Assembly: GCA_047602405.1 (NCBI GenBank)
Contig: JASGHJ010000002.1
Span: 1,664,001 to 1,728,000 of the forward strand
Reading direction: 5' to 3'
Source of the DNA: Anaeromyxobacteraceae bacterium
GTDB lineage: Bacteria > Myxococcota > Myxococcia > Myxococcales > Anaeromyxobacteraceae
DNA length: 64,000 nucleotides
Each line of letters begins with the position of its first letter. Position 1 is the first letter of the stretch. This document shows positions 35,205 through 44,972 of this stretch, one piece after another. The position numbers and the translations under genes are program-made. The notes under the pieces were generated by a model. It ran no database searches, had not been told where the DNA came from, and worked only from the letters and a program-made list of their open reading frames with translations.

Positions 35205-35885
35205 ATGTCCTTCACCCCCCGACTGACCGTCGTCCTCGCCGTCCTCGCCCTCGCGTCCGGCGTCCGCGCCAGCGAGGAGCACGCCGCGGGCGGCGCCGCC
35301 GCCGCCGCCCAGCAGGCGCTGACCGAGCTCAAGGAGGGCAACGCGCGCTTCGTCGCCGGCCGTGCCGGCCACCCGCACGAGAACCACGGCCGCGTGGAGG
35401 AGGTGGCGAAGGGCCAGCACCCGCGGGCCATCGTGCTCGGCTGCTCCGACTCGCGCGTGCCGCCCGAGGTCGTCTTCGACGAGGGCATCGGCGACCTCTT
35501 CGTGGTCCGGGTCGCCGGCAACGTCTCCGAGCCCGCGACGCTCGCCTCGGTCGAGTATGCGGCCGAGCACCTGAAGGTCCCGCTCATCGTCGTGCTCGGC
35601 CACGAGCGCTGCGGCGCGGTGAAGGCCACCGCCGAGGCGAAAGGTGAGGTCCCGGGCAACATCGGCAAGCTCGTCCAGGAGCTCCAGCCGCCGGTCGAGG
35701 CCGCCCGCAAGCACCCCGGCAAGCGCGGCCTCGTCGACGACGCGGTGCACGTGAACGTCGTCTACGTGGCCGACCAGCTCCAGATCGAGAGCCCCGTCCT
35801 CCGCGAGATGGTCGAGAAGGGCGAGGTCAAGATCGTCACGGGCGTGTACGGGATCGAGACCGGCAAGGTCGAGTGGGGTGAGTAA
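35205..35885 (+). CDS. Exported beta-class carbonic anhydrase
   Basis: Signal peptide; GCSDSRV, GDLFVVRVAGN, LGHERCGAV. Confidence 0.92.
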   Translation: MSFTPRLTVVLAVLALASGVRASEEHAAGGAAAAAQQALTELKEGNARFVAGRAGHPHENHGRVEEVAKGQHPRAIVLGCSDSRVPPEVVFDEGIGDLFVVRVAGNVSEPATLASVEYAAEHLKVPLIVVLGHERCGAVKATAEAKGEVPGNIGKLVQELQPPVEAARKHPGKRGLVDDAVHVNVVYVADQLQIESPVLREMVEKGEVKIVTGVYGIETGKVEWGE

Positions 35886-35923
35886 GGCTGGCGAGCGGGC
35901 CGGCCGTCGGCCATGATCGGCGG

Positions 35924-36733
35924 ATGACCGGCTCCCTCCACCTCGCCTCGCTCGTCGGGTCGTTCCTCGCGCTGATCGCGCTGGGGGCGGGCTGCGCCGC
36001 CATGGCCGGGCGCGACGCGCACGTGCCGACCGGCTTCATCTTCGAGACGCTCGAGGACGGCGGCCGGGCGTACCGGTACGCCGTCTACGTGCCGCGCGGC
36101 TACGATCCCGGCCAGGCGTGGCCCCTCGTGCTCTTCCTGCACGGCCAGGGCGAGAGCGGTACCGACGGGACCCGCATGGTCATCCAGGGGCTCGGCTCGG
36201 CGATCCAGTGGGATCCCGCCTCGTGGCCGGGGATCGTGGTCTTCCCCCAGAAGCCGACCGAGAACACCGAGTGGGAGCAGCACGAGCCCGCGGTGATGGC
36301 GATGGTCGCCCGCGCCCGCGCCCGCTACCGGATCGATCCCGACCGGATCTACCTCACGGGGCTCTCCCAGGGCGGTCATGGCTCCTGGGTCCTCGGGGCC
36401 CGCCACCCCGAGCTCTGGGCAGCGGTGGTGTCGATCTGCGGCTACGCGCGCGGAACCCCGGAGTACGCGACGCCGGGCCACGCGCCGCCGTTCACCGGCG
36501 GTCCCGCCGAGCTCGCCGGGAAGCTGCGGGGGGTGCCGTTCTGGGCGTTCCACGGGGAGGTGGACGACGTCGTCCCGCCCCAGGAGACGCGGGACCTCGT
36601 CGCGGCCGTGCGGGCCGCGGGCGGGCAGCCGAAGATGACGATCCTGCCGGGCGTGAACCACGGCGCGTGGGATCCAGCCTACCGGGACCCGGAGCTGCCG
36701 CGCTGGCTCTTCGCCCAGCGGAAGCAGCGCTGA
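35924..36733 (+). CDS. Alpha/beta-hydrolase (predicted peptidase/esterase), exported
   Basis: PLVLFLHG, GLSQGG nucleophile, FHGEVDDVV, NH; lipobox-like LGAGC. Confidence 0.85.
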   Translation: MTGSLHLASLVGSFLALIALGAGCAAMAGRDAHVPTGFIFETLEDGGRAYRYAVYVPRGYDPGQAWPLVLFLHGQGESGTDGTRMVIQGLGSAIQWDPASWPGIVVFPQKPTENTEWEQHEPAVMAMVARARARYRIDPDRIYLTGLSQGGHGSWVLGARHPELWAAVVSICGYARGTPEYATPGHAPPFTGGPAELAGKLRGVPFWAFHGEVDDVVPPQETRDLVAAVRAAGGQPKMTILPGVNHGAWDPAYRDPELPRWLFAQRKQR

Positions 36734-36778
36734 AGAAGCTCCAGGAAGCCACGCCCAGGCGGGAGTCCGTAGCCACCG

Positions 36779-36807
36779 TTGACCCGGATTACGTGCGCAC
36801 GTAACCT
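36779..36807 (+). promoter_or_regulatory. Toxin-antitoxin promoter with 16-bp palindromic operator
   Basis: TTGACC-N17-TAACCT; perfect palindrome TTACGTGCGCACGTAA at 36789-36804. Confidence 0.75.
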
Positions 36808-36813
36808 GTGTGC

Positions 36814-37035
36814 GTGAACCTGACCTTGTCCGTGGACGATCAGCTCGTCGCCCGTGCGCGCAAGAAGGCCGAGGCGCTCGGGAAGAGCCTCAACCAGCTC
36901 GTGCGCGACTACCTCGAGAAGCTCGCGGGCGATGACGACCCCGCGCGGTGGATCGAGGAGTTCGAGCGGCTCTCGGGCCAGGGGGATTCGAAGGGTTGGC
37001 GGTTCAACAGGGACGAGATCCATGAGCGTTCGTAG
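36814..37035 (+). CDS. RHH-type antitoxin (VapB-like)
   Basis: NLTLSVDDQLVARARKKA..GKSLNQLVRDYL; WRFNRDEIHER; overlaps the PIN gene. Confidence 0.85.
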   Translation: MNLTLSVDDQLVARARKKAEALGKSLNQLVRDYLEKLAGDDDPARWIEEFERLSGQGDSKGWRFNRDEIHERS

Positions 37036-37507
37036 CTTCTTCGACACGAACGTCCTCGTGTACGCGGACGACAACCGGCACCCGTCGAAGCAGAGGCGGG
37101 CGATCGCGTTGATCGGACAGCACCGGGCCGCCGGGACCGCGGTGGTATCCCTCCAGGTGCTGCAGGAGTACTACGCGACGGTCACCCGGAAGCTCGGGAT
37201 GGCGGCGGACAGGGCCCGGCGCAAGGTCGAGCTCCTCGGCATGCTCGACGTGGCAGTGCCCGACGTCCCCGACGTGCTGGGAGCGATCGATCTCCACCGG
37301 CTCCACGGCCTCTCGTTCTGGGATGCGATGGTCGTGCATGCGGCGAAGCAAGCCGGCTGCGCCGTGATCCTGACGGAAGATCTCCAGGACGGACGGGAGC
37401 TCGACGGCGTCCGCGTCGTGAACCCGTTCCGGGGTGACGCTCCCGTGGCGCACGAGCGCACGGCGTCATACCGGTCGAAGGCGCGACCGCGGCGAGGGCG
37501 GCGCTGA
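37022..37507 (+). CDS. PIN-domain toxin (VapC-like)
   Basis: FFDTNVLVY, QVLQE, SFWDA, LTED acidic tetrad. Confidence 0.9.
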   Translation: MSVRSFFDTNVLVYADDNRHPSKQRRAIALIGQHRAAGTAVVSLQVLQEYYATVTRKLGMAADRARRKVELLGMLDVAVPDVPDVLGAIDLHRLHGLSFWDAMVVHAAKQAGCAVILTEDLQDGRELDGVRVVNPFRGDAPVAHERTASYRSKARPRRGRR

Positions 37508-37512
37508 GACGC

Positions 37513-37959
37513 TCACGCCTGCGGGCCGGCGAGGCGCAGCAGCCGGACCCGTCGGTCGATGCTGCGGAGCTTGAGCGATACCGTCGCGGCGACGACGACC
37601 AGGAACGTGGCCACCACCACGCCGGGGCCGAGGTCGCGACCTGGGAAGAGGCGGCGAAGCTGCTCGGCCACCGAGAGCCCGGCGGTCACCGCGGCGAGGA
37701 GGCCGAGCACGGCACCGCCCAGGACGACCTTCGCGAGCGCACCGCGGTCGCGCGAGCCGCAGCGCGGGCACGCCGCAAGGCGCGCGGCAGCGACGGCGCC
37801 GACCCTGGCGTCGAGCGCGGCGTTCGAGACGGAGACGCCGGCGACACCGAGGCTCGTGCCGCCGACCTGGACGACCGCCTGGGCGAGGTGGCCGCAGCGT
37901 GCGCAGCGGTAGTCGACGCATTCCTCGGTCAGGGCGAAACCGACGCGGACGGGCAGCAT
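37513..37959 (-). CDS. Small membrane protein with two CxxC motifs
   Basis: CARC and CPRC plus two hydrophobic segments. Confidence 0.55.
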   Translation of the reverse strand: MLPVRVGFALTEECVDYRCARCGHLAQAVVQVGGTSLGVAGVSVSNAALDARVGAVAAARLAACPRCGSRDRGALAKVVLGGAVLGLLAAVTAGLSVAEQLRRLFPGRDLGPGVVVATFLVVVAATVSLKLRSIDRRVRLLRLAGPQA

Positions 37960-38032
37960 GCTGCAGCCCACGCTAGCGCACCGACGAGGCGCCATGGCAA
38001 CGCTTCCGGAGCCCCGCCGCCCAGGGGTGCGT

Positions 38033-38060
38033 GGGTCCGATAATGTAGATTATGGTAACT
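38033..38060 (+). other. dif: dif site (XerC/XerD chromosome dimer resolution site)
   Basis: GGGTCCGATAA-TGTAGA-TTATGGTAACT, an 11-6-11 match to E. coli dif GGTGCGCATAA-TGTATA-TTATGTTAAAT; AT-rich island in intergenic DNA. Confidence 0.88.
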
Positions 38061-38152
38061 GGACACGGGGCCCGGGTCGGCACCGGGCCGGCGTGCGTTG
38101 GCGGTGGCTCAGGCGTTCCAGGCGCTTCCGGGGCCTGGCTGCGCGGCGGAGC

Positions 38153-38695
38153 TCAGGCGAGCCCGGTCGGCGGCACGTCGCCGCCCCCACCCTCGTCGGT
38201 GGCGTTGCCCGGGGCTCCGCAGCAGCCGGGCTGCCGCGCGAGGACCTTCACGATGCGCGGCGCGCCGCGGTCGGCGGCGACGGCGCAGGCGCACTGCCGC
38301 GCCGCCTCGAGCGCCGGCCCGCCCTCGAGCCGCGCCTGGATGGCCTGGAGCGCGTCCTGGAGCTCCCGCTTCACCTTGCGGAGCCGGTCGAGCCGCTTCT
38401 GCGCCTGCTCGAGGTGCTCGGCGAGCACGTCCTGGAACCGGGCCGCGAACTCGGCGGCCGTGTGGCAGCCGGCGCGCAGCTCCAGCACCGAGCGGATCTG
38501 CCCGAGCGGCAGCCCCAGCTCGCGCAGATCCGAGATGAGCTTCAGCCGTTCGACGTCGTCCTGCGTGTAGCGGCGGTGCCCGCCTCCGGACACCTCCGCC
38601 GGCACGAGCAGCCGCTGCTCCTCGTAGAAGCGGATCGTCCGCACGGTGTTACCCGTGACCCTGGCGAGGTCGCCCGAGGACAGATCCGCGTGCAC
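38153..38695 (-). CDS. MerR-family transcriptional regulator with C-terminal cysteines
   Basis: SSGDLARVTGNTVRTIRFYEE..GGHRRY..LRELGLPLGQI; GC, CAC and CC cysteines. Confidence 0.88.
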   Translation of the reverse strand: MHADLSSGDLARVTGNTVRTIRFYEEQRLLVPAEVSGGGHRRYTQDDVERLKLISDLRELGLPLGQIRSVLELRAGCHTAAEFAARFQDVLAEHLEQAQKRLDRLRKVKRELQDALQAIQARLEGGPALEAARQCACAVAADRGAPRIVKVLARQPGCCGAPGNATDEGGGGDVPPTGLA

Positions 38696-38875
38696 GGGGT
38701 TCCGAGTAACGGGCGGTCCCGGCCGTTTCAACGATCGCTTCAGGTTGGACGAGCCCCGAACAAGGGGTGGTATCCGCCTTGACCCGGGCCGATCCCGGCG
38801 ATTAAGGACCGTCTGCAACCGGCTGACGCCTCGTGCCGAAGGCAACGAGGCCACTACCAGCGGAGCAAGGACCCC

Positions 38876-39544
<669 letters not shown>

Positions 39545-39547
39545 GGC

Positions 39548-40690
39548 TCAGCCCTTCAGGAGCTCCCGGGCGATCACGAGCCGCTGCACCTCGCTCGTGC
39601 CCTCGTAGATCGTCTGTACCCGCGCGTCGCGGAAGAGCCGCTCGACCGGGAAGTCCATGGTGTACCCGTAGCCGCCGTGGATCTGCACGGCCTGGCTCAC
39701 CGCCCGCTGCGCGGCCTCGCTCGCCCAGAGCTTCGCCATGGCCGCCTCGGTCGAGAACGGCCTCCCGGCCTCCTTGAGCGCCGCCGCCCGGAGCGCGAGC
39801 AGCCGCGCCGCCTCGTGCTCGGTGGCCATGTCGGCGAGCTTGAACGCGATCGCCTGGTGCTCCGCGATGGGCACGCCGAACGCATGGCGCTCGAGCGCGT
39901 AGCGCCGGGAGAGCTCGAGCGCCGCCCGCATCGTGCCGACCGCCTGCGAGGCGATGCCGATGCGGCCGCCGTCGAGCGCCGAGAGGGCGATCTTGAACCC
40001 CTCCCCCGGCGTCCCGAGCACGGCGTCGTCCCCCACCTCGACGCCCTCGAAGGCGAGGGAGACCGTCGAGGAGGCCCGGATGCCCATCTTCTCCTCGTGG
40101 CGGCCGACCGTGAGCCCCTTCGCGCCGCCCTCCACCGCGAAGGCGGTGATGCCGCGCGCGCCCGGCCCGGCCGAGGTGCGGGCCCACACGACGAGCACGC
40201 CCGCCACGTCGCCGCTCGTGATCCACTGCTTCTCGCCCTCGAGGACCCAGCCGCCGCCCCGGCGGGTGGCGCGCGTGCGCATCGCGGCGGCGTCGGAGCC
40301 GGAGTGCGGCTCGGAGAGCGCGAACGCGCCCGCGACGGCCTCGCCGGACGCGAGGCGCGGCACGAGCCGACGCCGGGTGGCCTCCGGGGCGTAACGGGCC
40401 ACCGTCTCGGCCACCATGTTCGTGACCGCCATCGTGACCGCGACCGCGCAGTCGGCGGCGGCGACCTCCTGGACGGCGAGCGAGTACGCGACGGCGCCCG
40501 CGGCGGACCCGCCGAGCTCCTCCGGCACGTTGACCGCGAGGAGCCCGAGCTCGCCGAGCCCCTTCACGAGCTCGAGCGGGAAGCGGGCGAGCCGATCGTT
40601 CTCGGCGGCGGCGGGCGCGATGCGCTCCCGGGCGTAGGCGCGCGCGGCCTCGGCGACCGCGCGCTGGACGTCGTTGGGCTCCAGGTCCAT
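39548..40690 (-). CDS. Acyl-CoA (butyryl-CoA-like) dehydrogenase
   Basis: [37 protein letters not shown]. Confidence 0.93.
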   Translation of the reverse strand: MDLEPNDVQRAVAEAARAYARERIAPAAAENDRLARFPLELVKGLGELGLLAVNVPEELGGSAAGAVAYSLAVQEVAAADCAVAVTMAVTNMVAETVARYAPEATRRRLVPRLASGEAVAGAFALSEPHSGSDAAAMRTRATRRGGGWVLEGEKQWITSGDVAGVLVVWARTSAGPGARGITAFAVEGGAKGLTVGRHEEKMGIRASSTVSLAFEGVEVGDDAVLGTPGEGFKIALSALDGGRIGIASQAVGTMRAALELSRRYALERHAFGVPIAEHQAIAFKLADMATEHEAARLLALRAAALKEAGRPFSTEAAMAKLWASEAAQRAVSQAVQIHGGYGYTMDFPVERLFRDARVQTIYEGTSEVQRLVIARELLKG

Positions 40691-40744
40691 CCGACATGCT
40701 CCTGGCGATGCGGGGCGCCCGGGGCGGCCCCGGTTGCCTGGCGG

Positions 40745-41527
40745 CTAGGCGCCCTTCCACTGCGCGGCGCGCTTCTCGAGGAAGGCCTTCATGCCCTCCC
40801 TCGCGTCGGCGCTGCCGAACAGCGCGGCGAACGCCTGGCGCTCGAGCTCGTTCGCGGCGCCGAGCTCCGGCTCGGACCCGGCGCGCATGATCCGCTTCGC
40901 GACCGCGACCGCCACGGGTCCCTTCCCGGCGATCTTCCTCGCCTGGGCCTTCGCGAACGCGACGAGCTCGGCCCCCGGCACGACCTCCAGCGCGAGCCCG
41001 ATCTCCTTCGCCTTCGCGGCGTCCACCATGTCGCCGGTGAGCACCATCTCCATCGCGCGCCCGAGGCCGATGCGCCGCGGGAGCCGCTGCGAGCCGCCGA
41101 AGCCCGGCACGAGGCCGAGGTTCACCTCCGGCTGGCCGAACTTCGCCCGGTCGGAGGCGTAGACGAGGTCGCAGGCCAGCACCACCTCGCAGCCGCCGCC
41201 GAGCGCGAAGCCGTTCACGGCCGCGATGACGGGCACCGGCAGCCGCTCGAGCCGCTCGAGGACGCCGTGCGCGAGCTCCGCGAACCGGCGCGCCTCGACC
41301 GGCCCCATCTCGCTCATCGCCGCGATGTCCGCCCCCGCCGCGAAGGCCTTCTCGCCCGCGCCGGTGAGCACGAGCGCCCCGACGCCGCGGTCGCGCTCGA
41401 CGATCCCGACGACGTCGGCCAGCTCCTCGAAGACCTTGGTGTCGAGGGCGTTCAGCACCTTCGGGCGGTTGAGCGTCACGACCCCGACGCCGCCCTCGAC
41501 CTCCCACAGGATGTGCTCGTAGGCCAT
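40745..41527 (-). CDS. Enoyl-CoA hydratase / crotonase
   Basis: LNRPKVLNAL, AFAAGADI, GFALGGGCE, FGQPEVNLG. Confidence 0.93.
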   Translation of the reverse strand: MAYEHILWEVEGGVGVVTLNRPKVLNALDTKVFEELADVVGIVERDRGVGALVLTGAGEKAFAAGADIAAMSEMGPVEARRFAELAHGVLERLERLPVPVIAAVNGFALGGGCEVVLACDLVYASDRAKFGQPEVNLGLVPGFGGSQRLPRRIGLGRAMEMVLTGDMVDAAKAKEIGLALEVVPGAELVAFAKAQARKIAGKGPVAVAVAKRIMRAGSEPELGAANELERQAFAALFGSADAREGMKAFLEKRAAQWKGA

Positions 41528-41531
41528 GGCG

Positions 41532-42386
41532 CTAGCCCTCGTACCGGTAGAAGCCGCGGCCGGCCTTCCGGCCCACCCAGCCCGCGGCCACGTACTGCCG
41601 GAGCAGCGGCGCCGGCCGGTACTTCGGGTCGCCGAGCTCCTTGTGCAGCACCTCGGCGATGAAGAGGCAGGTGTCGAGGCCGACGAAGTCCGCGAGGGTG
41701 AGCGGGCCCATCGGGTGGTTGAGGCCGAGCTTCACCGCGGCGTCGATGTCCTCCGCCGAGGCCAGGCCCTCCTGCAGCGCGAAGCAGGCCTCGTTGAGGA
41801 GCGGGATCAGGATCCGGTTCACGATGAAGCCGGGCGAGTCCTTCGAGGTCACGACCGTCTTCCCGAACTTCCGGGAGAGGCCGGCCACCGCCTCGTAGGT
41901 CGCCTCCGAGGTCTGGAGCCCCCGGATGATCTCGATGAGGGCCATCACCGGGGGCGGGTTCATCCAGTGCATCCCGATGAAGCGATCGGGCCGCTTCGTG
42001 GTCGCGGCGAGCTTCGTGATCGAGATGGAGCTCGTGTTCGAGGCGAGGATCGCGGTGGGCGCGAGCATCGCGTCGAGCTTCCGGAAGAGCTCGGCCTTCA
42101 CGCCCTCGTTCTCGACGATCGCCTCGACGACGAGGTCGGCCCGGGCGCAGTCGTCGAGCGTCGCGGCCGGCCGGATGCGCCCGAGGGTCGCCTCGCGGTC
42201 GGCGGCGGTGAGCTTGCCCTTCTCGACGAGCTTCCCGAGGGTCGCGCCGAGCTTGTCGACCGCCTTCCTCGCGAGGTCCGCCGACGCGTCGGCGAGCACC
42301 ACCTCGAGGCCGTGCTGCGCCGCCACCTGCGCGATGCCGGAGCCCATCTGCCCGGCACCGATCACCGCCATCCGCTCGATCGCCAT
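41532..42386 (-). CDS. hbd: 3-hydroxybutyryl-CoA dehydrogenase
   Basis: [37 protein letters not shown]. Confidence 0.92.
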   Translation of the reverse strand: MAIERMAVIGAGQMGSGIAQVAAQHGLEVVLADASADLARKAVDKLGATLGKLVEKGKLTAADREATLGRIRPAATLDDCARADLVVEAIVENEGVKAELFRKLDAMLAPTAILASNTSSISITKLAATTKRPDRFIGMHWMNPPPVMALIEIIRGLQTSEATYEAVAGLSRKFGKTVVTSKDSPGFIVNRILIPLLNEACFALQEGLASAEDIDAAVKLGLNHPMGPLTLADFVGLDTCLFIAEVLHKELGDPKYRPAPLLRQYVAAGWVGRKAGRGFYRYEG

Positions 42387-42412
42387 GGTGTCGTTCCTCG
42401 TTGTCGACGCGC

Positions 42413-42487
42413 GCTGCCGGGGTGGGGCCCCGACGATCCCTCGACGAGCTCGGGACCGGCGGGGCGGGGGGCGCCGAGCCCCCCGGC
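42413..42487 (-). repeat. Structured intergenic repeat, copy 3 (5' leader of the hbd operon)
   Basis: Minus strand gccggggggctcggcgccccccgcccc-[hairpin]-ggggccccaccccggcagc, directly downstream of TTGACA-N17-TACTGC. Confidence 0.55.
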
Positions 42488-42591
42488 AACGCAGTAGGGC
42501 GCCCCCGCGCCCTTGTCAACGAGCGCGATCGCGTGGGACGATCCCGCCCGACGGCAAGCGCCCGCGCGGGTGCCGCTGCCCTCCCTCCTCG

Positions 42592-44440
42592 ATGGAACGC
42601 GTCCACCGCGAGATCGCCCGGGACGTCGCCAGGCTCACGGGCGGCGCGGTCGCCCAGGTCGTCACCCTGGGCCCCGACGGGCCCCGCACGGCCGGGCTCG
42701 AGCTCACCCTGCCCGGCGACGCGGAGCGGGACGCCGTGGCCGCGCTCCTCGACCGGGAGCCCGGGGTGGAGCCCGCGCGCGCCCTCCTCCTGCCCGGCGC
42801 GCGGTTCAGGGTCGTCGTCCGCTGCGAGCCGGAGCTGGAGCGCCTGCTGCCCGCGCCTCCGCGCGGCGCCGGCCCCTGGTCGGTCTTCCACCTCCTCGCC
42901 GGCGAGCCCGACCCGGCGGTGCTGCGCGTGGCGGTGCCCTCCCGGCCAGGGGCCGCCACCCTGCGGGTCCACGACGCCGCCGCCCGGCTCGCGGCGGGGC
43001 GCCTCGAGGCCGCGCGCACCCGCCTCGACGTCTCCCGCGAGCGCCGGGCCCTCGCGGACCTCCGGACGGCGCGCGACACCCTCGCCGGCCTCCACGGCGC
43101 CGGGACCCAGCTCATGGGCGAGACCGACGAGGACGGCGTCTTCCGCGTCATCGCCCGGGAGCTCCACCGGCTCGGCCACCACGCGGGCGTCCTCGCCCCG
43201 GCCCCGGAGGGCGGCAACCGCCTCGCCTGGCGCTTCACGAGCCTCGCCCCGCCCGTGCAGCGGGCGATGGAGCGGGTGATCGGCCAGCCGCTCGGCGCCG
43301 TCCGCGTCGACCTCTCCGCCGCGCCGCTCGTCCGCCGCTGCCTCGCGATCGCCCGGCCGGTGGAGTCGAGCCAGAATCCGGCCGGTGGTGCGGCAGCTCT
43401 TCGCCACGGCCGGGCTCCGGCAGCTCCGCCTGCTCGGCCGGCTGCTCGGCTTCCGGCGGGCCATCCTCGCCCCGCTCGGCCGCGCCGGCGGCGCCCCCGT
43501 GGGCGTCCTCGTCGTGGCGGCGCCGCGGCACCGCCGGGGCGACCTCGAGGCCATCGACGCCTTCGCGCAGCAGGCCTCCATCGCCCTCGAGAAGGCCCGG
43601 CTCTTCGCGGCGCTCGAGCGCGGCCGCTCCGGCCTGGAGCGCGAGGTCGAGCGCCGGACCCGCGAGCTGACCCTCGCGGTGAGCGCGCTCGAGGAGGCCG
43701 GCCGCCGCCGCGACCACTTCCTCGCGAACGTCTCGCACGAGCTGCGCACCCCGCTCGTCACCGTGCTCGGCTGGTCCGACCTGCTCCTCCAGGAGAAGCT
43801 CGGCGCGCTCGCCCCGCGGCAGCGGGCGGCCCTCGAGGTCATCGGCACCTCCGGCCGGCGCCTGCGCGGGTTCATCGACGAGCTCCTCGAGCTCGAGCGT
43901 CACGAGCTCACCCGCGGCGGGCTCACCTTCGCCGAGCTCGACGTGGGCGACGTCCTCACCCAGACGCTGGTCGCGCTCGCGCCGCGGTACGCCGAGCGCG
44001 GGCTCCGGCTGCGGGCCCGGGTCGCGCGCGGCACGCCGAAGCTCTGGGGCGACCGGGAGCGGATCCTCCAGGCGCTCTCGAACCTGCTCGTGAACGCCGA
44101 GCGCTACAGCCCCGACGGCGCGCTCGTGCGGGTCGCCGCGGCGCGGGTGCGCCCCGGGCGCCTGGAGATCGCGGTCGCCGACCGCGGGGCCGGGATCCCC
44201 GACGAGCACCTGCCGCACGTCTTCGAGCGCCTCTACCAGGTGCGGGACGACCGCGGGGCCGGGCATCGCGGCGGCGCGCTCGGGATCGGGCTCGCGCTCG
44301 TGAAGAGCATCGTGGAGGCCCACGGCGGCGCGGTCTCGGTCCGCTCGAAGGTGGGCCACGGCACGACGTTCCGGCTGTCGCTCCCGACCGTGGAGGTGCT
44401 CGAGGGCGAGGCCCTCACCCGCGCGTCGACGACCGCCTGA
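42592..44440 (+). CDS. GAF-containing sensor histidine kinase; apparent +1 frameshift at about 43375
   Basis: ANVSHELRTPL H-box, NLLVNA N-box, DRGAGI, GIGLALVK; removing one A from GAATC (43374-43378) gives SSQIRPVVRQ; start uncertain. Confidence 0.85.
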
Positions 44441-44972
44441 GGAGCTCGTCCGGCGCCCCGGGCCCGAGGTGGCTCCAGGCGATCCGGCCGAGCGCCTCGA
44501 CGTCGGGGACCTCCCAGGCCGGCCGCCGCCGGGCGTGGACCCGGGCGGCGTAGCCCGCGAGCGCGTGCAGCTGCTCGGGGCTCGGCGAGACCACGGGGCG
44601 CGCGCGCTTCAAGGCGACGAGCGCCTCGAGGGGCGCCATCCCCCGGGCGACGAGCACGCAGGCCGCGACGAGCGCGCTGCGGCCGATGCCGTACTGACAG
44701 TGCACGAGCACCCGCTCGCCGGCGTCGAGGCCGGCGCCCGCGAAGGCGACGGCCTCGTCCAGCGCCGTGGGCGAGACCGCGCGCGTGTCGCAGGTCGGCA
44801 GGTGGAGCAGCGTGATCCCGTGCGTGCGGAGCACCTCGGCGTCGTCGCAGGCCTCCTCGCGTACGTCGATCACCCGCGCGAGGCCGTGATCGGCGGCGAG
44901 CCGGGCCGCGAGCTCCATCGGGAAGTGCGCGCCGACGGCGAGCCCGGGGGTGACGAAGTGGAGGTCGAGCAC
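44415..44972 (-). CDS. Dual-specificity / protein-tyrosine phosphatase family protein
   Basis: VLVHCQYGIGRS (CX5R); GTG start overlaps the MCP stop (TAGTG). Confidence 0.85.
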   Translation of the reverse strand: MLDLHFVTPGLAVGAHFPMELAARLAADHGLARVIDVREEACDDAEVLRTHGITLLHLPTCDTRAVSPTALDEAVAFAGAGLDAGERVLVHCQYGIGRSALVAACVLVARGMAPLEALVALKRARPVVSPSPEQLHALAGYAARVHARRRPAWEVPDVEALGRIAWSHLGPGAPDELLRRSSTRG

